Of a stretch of DNA of 64,000 nucleotides, positions 17,674 through 27,919 are shown in pieces. The first letter of the stretch is position 1, and the number at the start of each line of letters is the position of its first letter. Origin of the DNA: an uncultured Eubacterium sp. (lineage in GTDB: Bacteria > Bacillota > Clostridia > Lachnospirales > Lachnospiraceae); the NCBI RefSeq assembly GCF_934295145.1, contig NZ_CAKRAS010000005.1, positions 5,544 to 69,543 of the forward strand, written 5' to 3'. Made by a program: the position numbers and the translations under genes. The notes beneath the pieces were generated by a model, which was given only the letters and a program-made list of their open reading frames with translations, made no database searches and had not been told where the DNA came from.

Positions 17674-18837
17674 GTGCCAAATCTGATGGAAAAAAGCAGG
17701 ATGATAAAATCCAATAGCAGGGAAAGTGTTGCCACAAAACAGAAAGAATATAACTGGGGAATCGATTTTTTACGGATTGTTTCCATGTTTATGGTTGTAT
17801 GTCTTCATATGCTTGGAAGAGGTGGAATCCTGGATTATGCCCCTTTTTTATCCGGAAAATATGAAGTGGTGTGGCTGATTGAAATCGCTGCTTACTGTGC
17901 GGTAAACTGCTATGCATTAATTTCCGGATATGTGGGAATACATGGAAAATACCGGTATTCAAACTGGGTACTCCTGTGGCTGAGAGTATTATTTTATTCC
18001 GTTCTGATTACAGTTGTTTTCAAATTTGCTGCACCTTCTGTAGTGGGACGGTATGAGTGGACAAGTGCGATCTTCCCGACATCGAGAGAACAATACTGGT
18101 ATTTTACAGCGTATACAGGATTGTTTCTCCTGATCCCGGTACTTAATTTTTTTATATCGCATGCATCAAGAAAACAATTGAAACTGGTTGTTATGTTGGG
18201 GATTGTACTGTATTCTGTATTGCCGGAATTATTCAGACGGGATATTTTTGTTACGAAAGAGGGATACAGTCCAATCTGGATGATCGTTTTGTATATTATT
18301 GGCGGTTATCTTGGAAAATACCAGGGATGGAAGAAAAAATCAAAACGACACCTTGGTTTTATTTATATCGTATGCATAGCGGTAACCTGGTTAGGAAAAT
18401 TTGTGATTGAACATCATCGTTTTGGTGTGAGTGGAGATACGAATCAGACAACATTTCTGGTGAGTTACACATCACCGACCATACTATTGGCCGGAATTGC
18501 ACTGGTTATACTTTTTTCAAAGCTGAATGTAACTGAAAAATGGAAGAAGTTCATAAAACTATTTGCACCGGTCTCATTCAGTGTATATCTGATACATTTC
18601 CATCCATTGGTGAAAGCGTATATATTGCAGGATCGGTTAAAGGGACTATTAAATTATAATGTGGTGCTGATGCTGCTGGCATTTCTGGCAATTGTTGTAT
18701 CGGTATATTTTATATGTTCTTTTATTGATATGATCAGGGAATATATATTTAAAAAATTGAAAGTGAAAGATAGACTGATAAAACTGGAACATAAATATCT
18801 TGAAAATACCTGGGATAACATAGAAAGAAAGGGTTAA
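17674..18837 (+). CDS. Acyltransferase-3 family membrane O-acyltransferase
   Basis: YNWGIDFLRIVSMFMVVCLHMLGRGG and a polytopic profile. AGGAGG (17661-17666) is followed 7 nt later by an in-frame GTG at 17674. The listed start at 17656 is also possible. Confidence 0.65.
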   Translation: MPNLMEKSRMIKSNSRESVATKQKEYNWGIDFLRIVSMFMVVCLHMLGRGGILDYAPFLSGKYEVVWLIEIAAYCAVNCYALISGYVGIHGKYRYSNWVLLWLRVLFYSVLITVVFKFAAPSVVGRYEWTSAIFPTSREQYWYFTAYTGLFLLIPVLNFFISHASRKQLKLVVMLGIVLYSVLPELFRRDIFVTKEGYSPIWMIVLYIIGGYLGKYQGWKKKSKRHLGFIYIVCIAVTWLGKFVIEHHRFGVSGDTNQTTFLVSYTSPTILLAGIALVILFSKLNVTEKWKKFIKLFAPVSFSVYLIHFHPLVKAYILQDRLKGLLNYNVVLMLLAFLAIVVSVYFICSFIDMIREYIFKKLKVKDRLIKLEHKYLENTWDNIERKG

Positions 18838-18840
18838 GAA

Positions 18841-20163
18841 ATGGAATCAGTATCTATGAAAAAAATGTGGGACTCTATCTGGAAGCATAAAATAATCATA
18901 ATCATATTTGTGCTGCTCTGCTTTGTTGCAGGAGCCGGTCTGGGTGTAAAGAAAGCGAAATCTGCATCATCCGCATCTGAAGTACAGAAGATTGAAGATT
19001 ATAAGAGTGGCCTTGATAAGTATGCGGAGGTTATGAAGAATATTGAAGCAAATATTTCAACCACGCAGGATCAGATTGATGCTTTGCAGAAATATTGTGA
19101 TTCATCTATCTATATGAAGCTTGATGCATTAAATGTAAACGTGGCTTCTGTGCAGTACCGTATTACCGTGAATGGTACAGACAACACACAGGTTTCTTCA
19201 TCTGGTGTAAGTGAAAAAGTTACAGATATTATAAACGAGTTAACTGCATATGTGAAAAATGGTGAATGGAAAGCTGCGGTAGAAGAAAAATTGCCGGATG
19301 TGCCGGTAGAATATTTGCCGGAAGTGGTTGGCAGCAATTCAACCGGAAATATTTTTACTTTGACTGTTATGCATTATGATGCTGATCAGGCAGCAAAAAT
19401 CAGTAAGGTAATTGATGAGCAGATTCAGAAATATGCAGCTTCTACATTAAAAGAAAACGGTGATTTTTCATTTTCTGTTATTTCAAGTAATGTATCTGCC
19501 AAGGCAATACCAGAGGTACAGTCAGCACAAAACAGTTATCTTACTTCACTGAAAAACTATAAAGACAGCCTGTCTGATCTGCAAAAAGATCAGTTATCAC
19601 AGCAGATATCAGAGAAAGGTTATATAAAGGACTATAAACCAGACAGCATGGATGCACCAAGTGCAAAAAAAGTGCTGGTTCAATATGCCGCTCTGGGAAT
19701 CATTGCCGGACTGGTGATCAGTTGTGCTCTATTAGCGCTTTTATATGTGTTAAGTGATAAATTAAAAGGAACAGAAAATATAAAGGCGGCCGGAATTACT
19801 GTTCTTGGTAATTATTCCGCAAAAGAGGGGTATTATCCGGCACTGGAACGCGAAATGATAGATTTTGATCTGATCAGAAAAGAACATTCTGTTGAACAGG
19901 TATTTTTGGGAATGCTGAGTGATGCGGAAATTGTACAGAAAGCTGCGCAGGAATATCAGGCTGCAATGGAAAAGAAATCACTTGGTGTAGAAGTCGGAAG
20001 CAATATTGAGAATGATTCTGAGATGATGAAGCAATTCGTCGAAATTGGAAACTGTATTTTATTTGTTGAAGTCGGAAAAACCACATACACACAGATCAAA
20101 GCTTATTTGGAAATTTGCAAAAAATTTAATGTTTCTGTTTTAGGATGTGTTGTAGTTGAATAA
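18841..20163 (+). CDS. Second Wzz/CpsC-like co-polymerase fused to degenerate CpsD-like domain (paralog of 3014-4453)
   Basis: It has the same architecture. TM1 is IIIIIFVLLCFVAGAGLG and TM2 is LGIIAGLVISCALLALLYVL. The C-terminus is ILFVEVGKTTYTQIKAYLEICKKFNVSVLGCVVVE, with no Walker A at the expected position. Confidence 0.6.
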   Translation: MESVSMKKMWDSIWKHKIIIIIFVLLCFVAGAGLGVKKAKSASSASEVQKIEDYKSGLDKYAEVMKNIEANISTTQDQIDALQKYCDSSIYMKLDALNVNVASVQYRITVNGTDNTQVSSSGVSEKVTDIINELTAYVKNGEWKAAVEEKLPDVPVEYLPEVVGSNSTGNIFTLTVMHYDADQAAKISKVIDEQIQKYAASTLKENGDFSFSVISSNVSAKAIPEVQSAQNSYLTSLKNYKDSLSDLQKDQLSQQISEKGYIKDYKPDSMDAPSAKKVLVQYAALGIIAGLVISCALLALLYVLSDKLKGTENIKAAGITVLGNYSAKEGYYPALEREMIDFDLIRKEHSVEQVFLGMLSDAEIVQKAAQEYQAAMEKKSLGVEVGSNIENDSEMMKQFVEIGNCILFVEVGKTTYTQIKAYLEICKKFNVSVLGCVVVE

Positions 20164-20165
20164 TT

Positions 20166-21392
20166 ATGAAAATATTAAGTAAAACAAAACGGAAAATGTT
20201 GTCCGGAATAAGTAACCCGAGTGCAGGAGAACAATTGTACCTGTTGGCATTTTTTGTTTTTCTGATCAGTGAGACATTTTCGACAACCATGTTTCAGCTT
20301 CCGGGGAGTGCATATACACTTTGCAAAGCAGTGGCATGTTTATTGCTGATTATAAAAGTGTTTCGCTTTGATGAATTTTCGAGAAGAACATTTTTTATAT
20401 TTGTATTGTTAATACTGGAAGCTATTCTGGTATATGTTAATTCCGGATATATGGAAGTATTCTTTTGGGTACTTTTTGTGATGAGTGCAAAAAATGTTTC
20501 ATTTAAGAAAATACTGAAGGTATATCTGATCGTTACGATCAGCATTGTGCTTTTAGCTTTTTGCGCATCCATGTTGCAGGTGATAGAAAATCTGCAGTAT
20601 ACCAGAGGTGATGGAAAACGGGTCAGAAATTCATTTGGTGCAATTTATACAACGGATTTTGCATCACATATTTTTATGATCACGATGTCTGCGTTTTATT
20701 TGCTGAAGGACAAGCTGAAGACATGGCATTTTATTCTTGGAGCGGTTGTGGGAGTATTGGTTTACTGTTTTTGCAATACACGTCTGGATATGGGCTGTCT
20801 GTTTCTTATGCTGATCTGTTTTTATTGCATCAGCCAGGGATATGTTGCAAACGGTAGAAATATTTTCAGTACAGGAAAAGAAAAGAAGGCTTTACCTTAC
20901 AGCATGCCAATTGCAGCAGGATTTATGTTTGTCGCATCCTATTTTTATAGTTCTGGAAATTCTATTTTCCTGGCATTAGACAGTTTTATGTCAGCTAGAT
21001 TGAAATTGGGGCATAAGGGATTGATGAAATATGGAATGACGTTATTTGGACAGTCGATAAAAATGGTTGGAAATGGTGGGACTACAAAGATATCGGCTTC
21101 CCAATATTTCTTTATAGACTGTTCGTACCTGTATATTTTTCTGCGATATGGAGTGTTTTTTTTACTGATCACATTGGCGGTATACATGATGTGCTGCAAA
21201 AAGTATCAAAATGATCCATATTTTATAGCAGTTATCATTCTGATATCCATTAATTGTATGATCGCGCATCATATCATAGAATTAACGTACAATCCGTTTG
21301 CACTGGCATTATTTGCAGCGGCACCGCAATTGGAACAAAGAGACTGTAGGAGTAATAATAATAAATGGTCAAGATTAAATCTGTTAAAGTAA
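20166..21392 (+). CDS. Polytopic membrane protein, probable Wzy-type polymerase of locus B
   Basis: About 10 or more TM segments, with a loop motif SARLKLGHKGLMKYGMTLFGQSIKMVGNGG...FIDCSYLYIFLRYGVFF that resembles Gram-positive repeat-unit polymerases. Confidence 0.5.
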   Translation: MKILSKTKRKMLSGISNPSAGEQLYLLAFFVFLISETFSTTMFQLPGSAYTLCKAVACLLLIIKVFRFDEFSRRTFFIFVLLILEAILVYVNSGYMEVFFWVLFVMSAKNVSFKKILKVYLIVTISIVLLAFCASMLQVIENLQYTRGDGKRVRNSFGAIYTTDFASHIFMITMSAFYLLKDKLKTWHFILGAVVGVLVYCFCNTRLDMGCLFLMLICFYCISQGYVANGRNIFSTGKEKKALPYSMPIAAGFMFVASYFYSSGNSIFLALDSFMSARLKLGHKGLMKYGMTLFGQSIKMVGNGGTTKISASQYFFIDCSYLYIFLRYGVFFLLITLAVYMMCCKKYQNDPYFIAVIILISINCMIAHHIIELTYNPFALALFAAAPQLEQRDCRSNNNKWSRLNLLK

Positions 21393-22840
21393 ATTTTATA
21401 ATGAATATGATTCTTACGGCATCGACATTCATTTTTCCGTTGATCACATTGCCGTATATTACGCGTGTGCTTTCGGTAGAAGGTGTTGGTAAGGTAAACG
21501 TGGCTACTTCGATTGCTCAGTATTTTTCTATGGTAGCGATGCTTGGCGTGCCAACTTATGGTATTCGTGCATGTGCACAGGTAAGAGATGACAGAGAGAA
21601 GCTGACCAAAACAGTACAGGAGATTCTATTGCTGAATCTCCTTATTTCTGTTTTTGTGTATGCTGCTTATTTTGTGGCAGTATGGCAAGTGCCGAAGATG
21701 CACAATGATGCTGCTTTATACTGGATCATGAGTTCTACAATTATTTTTAATGTAATTGGTGTGGAATGGCTGTATAAAGGTTTGGAGCAGTATACTTATA
21801 TTACAGTGCGGTCGATTATCTTTAAAGCAATCGGTCTGGTGCTGATGTTCCTGTTTGTCAGACATCAGGGAGATTACGTTATCTATGGAGCAATCAGCAT
21901 TGTGGCTACGGTTGGATCTAATTTCCTGAATTTTATTAATCTGAGAAAGTATGTTAATCTGCGACCGGTAGGGCATTATGATTTAAAACACCATTTCAAA
22001 GAAGTAATGATTTTCTTTGCAATGGCAGCAGCAACGACAATTTATACGAATCTGGATAACGTTATGCTTGGTTTCCTGAAAAATGAAACGCAGGCAGGCT
22101 ATTATGGAACATCCATAAAAATTAAAGGATTACTGGTAAGTTTTGTTACAGCTTTGAGTACTGTATTGTTGCCAAGGGTTTCTTATTATATTGAGCGTGG
22201 AATGAAAGAGGAATTCAAACGGGTGAGCAGAAAAGCGTTACATTTTGTGGTACTGCTTGCGTTGCCGGTAACGGTATATTTTATTTTGTATTCCCGGGAG
22301 TCTATCTTTCTGCTGGCCTCCAAAACATATGAAAATTCTATTATACCAATGCAGATCATTATGCCGACAGTACTTCTGATCGGCCTGACAAATGTTTTAG
22401 GATTACAGATCATGGTGCCGATCGGAAAAGAAAAAATGGTATTTTATTCTGTACTTGCCGGAGGAATTGCAGATTTTGTTGCAAATATGATTTTTATTCC
22501 AACAATGTCGGCAGCTGGTGCTGCGCTTGGAACACTGATCGCAGAGACTGTTGTTCTGATTGTTCAGCTCATTGTATTGCGTGACTGGATCAGGGATTTG
22601 TTTTCAGAAGTACAATGGGTAAAAGCATGTGTATCTACCGCGGTAGCAGGAGTTGCCTGTTATGGAGTAAAAGCACTGAATTTATCAAATTTTATAGCCC
22701 TGGTAATATCGGTATGTGTTTTTGGAGCAGTATATGCGGTATTACTTTTGATTATGCGGGAACCGTTATTCCTTGAGGTATTACAGGATGTATTGCATGG
22801 GAAAGTGAAACGTGGAAAGGCAGAGAAAGATGGAGAATAA
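21365..22840 (+). CDS. wzx: Wzx-type flippase (MOP superfamily), second copy
   Basis: NMILTASTFIFPLITLPYITRVLSVEGVGKVNVATSIAQYF is Polysacc_synt-like, and the protein has ~14 TM segments. Confidence 0.75.
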   Translation: MVKIKSVKVNFIMNMILTASTFIFPLITLPYITRVLSVEGVGKVNVATSIAQYFSMVAMLGVPTYGIRACAQVRDDREKLTKTVQEILLLNLLISVFVYAAYFVAVWQVPKMHNDAALYWIMSSTIIFNVIGVEWLYKGLEQYTYITVRSIIFKAIGLVLMFLFVRHQGDYVIYGAISIVATVGSNFLNFINLRKYVNLRPVGHYDLKHHFKEVMIFFAMAAATTIYTNLDNVMLGFLKNETQAGYYGTSIKIKGLLVSFVTALSTVLLPRVSYYIERGMKEEFKRVSRKALHFVVLLALPVTVYFILYSRESIFLLASKTYENSIIPMQIIMPTVLLIGLTNVLGLQIMVPIGKEKMVFYSVLAGGIADFVANMIFIPTMSAAGAALGTLIAETVVLIVQLIVLRDWIRDLFSEVQWVKACVSTAVAGVACYGVKALNLSNFIALVISVCVFGAVYAVLLLIMREPLFLEVLQDVLHGKVKRGKAEKDGE

Positions 22841-23879
22841 CATTGTGATTTCTTTTATTATACCGGCACATAATTCAGAAAAGTTTCTGAAAAGATGTGT
22901 GGAAAGTGTAGTAAAAGAGGAAAAGCAGCCAAAAGATAACAACCTGGCTGAAGTCATAATTATAGAGAATGGTTCTTCCGATCATACAAAACAGATTGGA
23001 ACAGCTTTGGCTGAAAAGTATGAGAATGTTTTTCTGATCTGTTCTGAAAAAGGTGTTTCGAATGCAAGAAATGCTGGAGTAAAAGCTGCACATGGAGAAT
23101 GGATTTTTTTCTTGGATGCAGATGACTATCTTCCAGCAGGAACTTTGCAGAAATTATTGGATACGGTAAATAGCGGAAAAGCGGCAGATCTGTATATTTT
23201 CAGTTATGAAAAAGGAAATGCGATCGTAAATGTTGCAACTGGAGAAAATGCAGACGGTTATGAAGGAACCGGGGTACGGGAATGCCTTGCAGGAATGCTT
23301 AGGAACCCGACACGCTGCATGGCTGTCTGGGGGAAATTGTTCCGGCATAGTATTATTCAGCAATCTTCATTAGATTTTAATAAAAAATTAAGCCTGGCTG
23401 AAGACAGTGATTTTCTGATTCGGTATATAATGAAGTGTGGCAGGATCATTTTTTCACAGGAATCCTGTTATCATTATTCTACGGATGCAGGTTCTGCAAT
23501 GCGGACATATGACGGGAAGAAGACGGAAGGATATCTGTTATCTCTGCAGACAACACAGAATGCGATACCGGAGAATGACCAACAGTTATATCAGGCTTAT
23601 CAGGTGTATATTTTAATGCATCTGAATATAATGATGGTCAGAGAAGTATTTTCAGCGGGAAACAGAGTAGTTTTTTCAGAAAAGGTAAAGGCATTGAAGA
23701 AGCTTCTGCGGGAGGAAATATTTCAGAAAGCATTGCAGGCTGTACCGGCAGCTTCCTGTAGATCTGCGCGTATGATGCCAATATTGCTTTTGAAATTTCA
23801 GCAATATTATTTGTGTGGAAAAGTGTATGAACTGCGTGCAAAGCAGAATGAAAAAAGAGAAATGCGGACAGAGGATTAG
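22830..23879 (+). CDS. GT2-family glycosyltransferase
   Basis: ISFIIPAHNSEKFLKRCVESV, IIIENGSSDHT and FLDADDY (DXD) motifs. Confidence 0.8.
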   Translation: MENNIVISFIIPAHNSEKFLKRCVESVVKEEKQPKDNNLAEVIIIENGSSDHTKQIGTALAEKYENVFLICSEKGVSNARNAGVKAAHGEWIFFLDADDYLPAGTLQKLLDTVNSGKAADLYIFSYEKGNAIVNVATGENADGYEGTGVRECLAGMLRNPTRCMAVWGKLFRHSIIQQSSLDFNKKLSLAEDSDFLIRYIMKCGRIIFSQESCYHYSTDAGSAMRTYDGKKTEGYLLSLQTTQNAIPENDQQLYQAYQVYILMHLNIMMVREVFSAGNRVVFSEKVKALKKLLREEIFQKALQAVPAASCRSARMMPILLLKFQQYYLCGKVYELRAKQNEKREMRTED

Positions 23880-23883
23880 GTTG

Positions 23884-25539
23884 ATGGAAGAGAACTATGT
23901 GGATGTAAATATGCAAAGGAATGGTAAAGCGAAAGAGCAGATTCATGCGGCATCACCGAAAAATGCAATTATTCTTGCTGCCGGATATGGCATGCGAATG
24001 GTTCCAATCAATACAGAAGTGAGCAAAGGGCTTCTGGAGATTCACGGGGAACCACTAATCGAAAGGTTGATCCGGCAGCTTCATGAAGCGGAAATATACG
24101 AGATATATATCGTAGTTGGATTTATGAAAGAAAGATATGAATATCTGATTGATGAATATCGGGTGGAGTTGATCGTAAATCCGGAATATACAACGAAAAA
24201 TAACCTGTATTCACTGAAATGTGCAGAAAAATATATTTCAAATACGTATATAGTCCCATGTGATATCTGGTGTGAACATAACCTGTTCCGAAAGCAGGAA
24301 TTACACTCTTGGTACATGGTAAATAATTCTTTAAAACCAGACAGCTGTGTCTTAGTAAACCCAAATATGGAACTGAATCTGATATCAGAGACAGATGCCG
24401 GAAATGGTATGATTGGTATTTCTTATCTGACAGGAAAGGAAGCTCAGCTGGTAAAACAGCGGATAAAAGAGATGTGCAGTACATCCTGTTATACGAGTGC
24501 ATTCTGGGAAGAAACGCTTTATGAAAAAAGAAAAATGATCGTGCCGGCCAGAGTAGTAGATGAAGCGGATGTAGTAGAAATTAATACATTTGAACAATTA
24601 CGGGAGTTGGATAGCGGTTGTGATCAGTTAAAAACAGATGCGATTCAGATTATTGAAGCAGTGTTCCGGGTGTCGCAAAAGGATATAAAGAATATTACTG
24701 TTCTGAAAAAGGGAATGACCAACCGGTCATTTTTATTTGAATGCAAAGAGAAAAAGTATATTATGCGAATCCCCGGTGAGGGGACAGATAAACTGATCAA
24801 CAGGCGTGAGGAAGCAGAGGTTTATCAGAAGATAGCAGATTATCATATATGTGACCGGGTAATTTATATGAATCCGGAGAACGGATATAAAATTACAGAA
24901 TATATGAACTCTGTCAGAAACTGCGATGCAGAGCAGATGGAAGATGTGAAAAAGTGTATGAAAAAATTGCGCGAGTTTCATGAATTAAAACTGAAGGTCA
25001 ATCACGAATTTGATCTGTTTGAACATATTCAGTTTTTTGAACAGTTGTGGGAGGGAAGCCCCTCCGCTTTTAAAGATTATGCGGAGACGAAAAGGAAAGT
25101 ATTTTCGCTGAAATCGTATGTGGAACAGTATTGCGGGCAGAAAGTACTGACGCATATTGACGCTGTTCCGGATAATTTCCTGTTTTGGGAGAAAAATTCA
25201 GAAGAAACTGACATCAGGCTGATTGACTGGGAGTATGCAGCAATGCAGGATCCGCATGTAGATATTGCGATGTTCTGTATTTATGCTATGTATAACAGAA
25301 CACATATTGATCAGACAATCGATGCTTATTTTACAGAGGGGTGTGCAGAAAACATCCGTATAAAAATTTATGCATATATAGCGATATGTGGTTTATTGTG
25401 GAGTAACTGGTGTGAATATAAGCGAAGCCTTGGTGTTGAATTTGGAGAATATTCGCTACGGCAATACAGATATGCAAAAGAGTATTATACGATTGTAGAG
25501 ACTGAGAGAAGAAAAGTGGAGATACAGGAACATGAATAG
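23884..25539 (+). CDS. Bifunctional LicC-like nucleotidyltransferase / LicA-like choline kinase fusion
   Basis: N-terminus has IILAAGYGMRMVPINTEVSKGLL (NTP-transferase G-loop, Arg and Lys retained). C-terminus has the kinase motifs THIDAVPDNFLF (Brenner HxDxxxxN) and LIDWEYA. Confidence 0.75.
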   Translation: MEENYVDVNMQRNGKAKEQIHAASPKNAIILAAGYGMRMVPINTEVSKGLLEIHGEPLIERLIRQLHEAEIYEIYIVVGFMKERYEYLIDEYRVELIVNPEYTTKNNLYSLKCAEKYISNTYIVPCDIWCEHNLFRKQELHSWYMVNNSLKPDSCVLVNPNMELNLISETDAGNGMIGISYLTGKEAQLVKQRIKEMCSTSCYTSAFWEETLYEKRKMIVPARVVDEADVVEINTFEQLRELDSGCDQLKTDAIQIIEAVFRVSQKDIKNITVLKKGMTNRSFLFECKEKKYIMRIPGEGTDKLINRREEAEVYQKIADYHICDRVIYMNPENGYKITEYMNSVRNCDAEQMEDVKKCMKKLREFHELKLKVNHEFDLFEHIQFFEQLWEGSPSAFKDYAETKRKVFSLKSYVEQYCGQKVLTHIDAVPDNFLFWEKNSEETDIRLIDWEYAAMQDPHVDIAMFCIYAMYNRTHIDQTIDAYFTEGCAENIRIKIYAYIAICGLLWSNWCEYKRSLGVEFGEYSLRQYRYAKEYYTIVETERRKVEIQEHE

Positions 25540-26239
25540 AGTAGAAAGAGCAATCATTATGGCTGCGGGAAAAGGAACCCGAATGAGACCGGTAACGCTG
25601 CATACACCAAAGCCATTGGTAAAAGTAAATGGAAAGAGAATGATTGACAGTGTAATTGAAGCACTGCATAAAAATGGAATATCTGAAATTTATATTGTGG
25701 TTGGATATCTGAAAGATCAATTTGAGATATTGCCCAAAGAATATGAAAACGTGAAGCTCATTGAAAATCCATTTTATGACACCTGTAATAATATTTCATC
25801 ATTATATGTGGCAAGAGATTATATAGAAAATGCCATTATATTGGATGGAGACCAGATCATTTACAATGAGAAAATTCTGGCCCCGGAATTTGATAGATCC
25901 GGGTACAATGCAGTTTGGACAGATGACGAGACAGAGGAATGGCTGATGACGGTGGAAAAAGGGATAGTTACTTCATGTAGCAGAACCGGTGGAAAAGGCG
26001 GATGGCAGCTGTATTCCGTATCAAGATGGAACGAAGCAGATGGAAAGCGTCTGAAACATCACCTGGAACTGGAATTTAATGAGAAATATAACCGACAGAT
26101 TTACTGGGATGATGTTGTAATGTTTTGTCATGCGGACGAGTATGAACTGGGTATTTGTCCGATGAACGCAGATGATGTAATTGAAATCGATAATCTGGAG
26201 GAACTGATAGCATTAGATGGATCATATAAAGATATATGA
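25532..26239 (+). CDS. licC: LicC-like CTP:phosphocholine cytidylyltransferase (stand-alone)
   Basis: AIIMAAGKGTRMRPVTLHTPKPLVKVNGKRMID and YIVVGYLKDQFE closely follow the pneumococcal LicC pattern. It overlaps the upstream gene by 8 nt. Confidence 0.7.
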   Translation: MNRVERAIIMAAGKGTRMRPVTLHTPKPLVKVNGKRMIDSVIEALHKNGISEIYIVVGYLKDQFEILPKEYENVKLIENPFYDTCNNISSLYVARDYIENAIILDGDQIIYNEKILAPEFDRSGYNAVWTDDETEEWLMTVEKGIVTSCSRTGGKGGWQLYSVSRWNEADGKRLKHHLELEFNEKYNRQIYWDDVVMFCHADEYELGICPMNADDVIEIDNLEELIALDGSYKDI

Positions 26240-27774
26240 TGAAATGCAGGGGAGGAGAAATGAAGAAGAAAATAGACTGGATGGTCACGTTAGTGCCATT
26301 TATTATAATTGTTGGTATTGCAGTGATTTTGTTTATATGGCCGAGAGAATCCAATGATGTAATACATCAGATAAGATTTTTCCTTGGAGATACACTGGGC
26401 AGCTATTATTTGATTATTGGCTTAGGCGTTTTATTGATATCTGTTTACCTGGCGTTTTCAAAGTATGGAAATATCGTACTGGGCGAACCTGATGAAAAAC
26501 CGAAATATTCATTTTTTGTATGGGGAAGTATGATGTTCACCTGTGGACTGGCAGCGGATATATTATTTTATTCCTTTGCTGAATGGATCATGTATGCAAC
26601 AAATCCGCATATAGCAGACCTTGGACCAGTGCATGAATGGGCAGGGGTATTTCCTTTGTTCCACTGGAGTTTCATTCCATGGGCGTTTTATCTGGTGCTT
26701 GCGGTTGCATTTGGTTTTATGCTCCATGTAAGAAAGCGAAAGCGTCAGAGATATTCAGAGGCATGCCGCCCGGTTATCGGAAAACATGCGGATGGTCTGC
26801 TGGGACGTGTAATAGATATGTTTGCGCTGTTTGCCCTGCTGGCAGGAACAGCGACAACATTCAGCGTTGCAACTCCACTGCTGGCAGAAATTGCAATGCG
26901 GTTATTTCATATTCATGTCAGCCGAACGGTTGTGACGATTATCATTTTGCTGATCACATGTGCTGTCTATACTTATGCAGTGTTACATGGCTTTAAAGGA
27001 ATCAGCTTTCTGGCAAAATTATGTATTTATCTGTTTTTTGGATTACTGGTTGTTGTGCTTGTGTTTGGCGGTCAGGGACGTTTCATTATTGAAAACGGAA
27101 TTCAGTCTCTTGGAAAAATGGTACAGAACTTCATTGGATTAGCGACCTACACAGACCCTGTCAGGGCAAATCATTTTCCACAGGACTGGACCATTTATTA
27201 TTGGGCATACTGGATGGTATGGTGTGTTGCTGCTCCGTTTTTTATTGGCAATATTTCAAAGGGAAGAACGATAAAACAGACAATACTTGGAGGATACGTT
27301 TTTGGTGTTGGCTCAACCATTGTAAGCTTTATCGTGCTGGGCAATTATTCTCTGGGATTGCAGGTAGCAGGAAGAGAAGATTTTATAGCTCAGTTTAAAG
27401 CAAACGGAGATTTGTATGATTTGATCCTTAATATTATACAGACAATGCCTTGTGCACCATTTATTCTGATTCTTACTTTTGTATGTATGATTGCATTTTA
27501 TGCAACATCCTTTGATTCTATAGCGTACACCGCAGCATGCTATAGTTATAAAGAACTTGGAGAAAATGAACATCCGCACACGTTAATTACATTATTATGG
27601 TGCGTTCTGTTGATCGTGTTACCAATTGCGCTTGTTTTTTCAGAAAGTTCTATGGGAAATATTCAGTCAATCAGTATTATTTCGGCTTTTCCAATAGGAA
27701 TCATCATGATCCTGATGATATGGAGCTTTTTTAAAGATGCAAAAAAGTATATCAGCAAAAGTGATACAAAATAG
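26236..27774 (+). CDS. BCCT-family transporter (choline/betaine type)
   Basis: WTIYYWAYWMVWCVAAPFFIGNISKGRTIKQ is the BCCT signature, and the protein has ~12 TM segments. The start is uncertain (26236, 26239 or 26260). Confidence 0.8.
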   Translation: MMKCRGGEMKKKIDWMVTLVPFIIIVGIAVILFIWPRESNDVIHQIRFFLGDTLGSYYLIIGLGVLLISVYLAFSKYGNIVLGEPDEKPKYSFFVWGSMMFTCGLAADILFYSFAEWIMYATNPHIADLGPVHEWAGVFPLFHWSFIPWAFYLVLAVAFGFMLHVRKRKRQRYSEACRPVIGKHADGLLGRVIDMFALFALLAGTATTFSVATPLLAEIAMRLFHIHVSRTVVTIIILLITCAVYTYAVLHGFKGISFLAKLCIYLFFGLLVVVLVFGGQGRFIIENGIQSLGKMVQNFIGLATYTDPVRANHFPQDWTIYYWAYWMVWCVAAPFFIGNISKGRTIKQTILGGYVFGVGSTIVSFIVLGNYSLGLQVAGREDFIAQFKANGDLYDLILNIIQTMPCAPFILILTFVCMIAFYATSFDSIAYTAACYSYKELGENEHPHTLITLLWCVLLIVLPIALVFSESSMGNIQSISIISAFPIGIIMILMIWSFFKDAKKYISKSDTK

Positions 27775-27919
27775 TTACAGTGACTTAATAAAAAATTAAA
27801 AATAAAAAGGTACAGAAAAAGATGGTTTGAGTATATAATATACTTGTATAAAAATGGTCAAATCTATCATAATGATAAAAATAGGAAATGCAGACAGATT
27901 ATTTTAGGAGTAAAAGAAA

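Noticed and set aside
26637-27398. Alternative-frame ORFs inside the BCCT gene (119, 60 and 65 aa), and similar small ORFs nested in other genes such as 2157-2427 and 15442-15924.
   Set aside because: They are fully nested in well-supported CDSs and have no RBS or motifs. They are typical frame noise.
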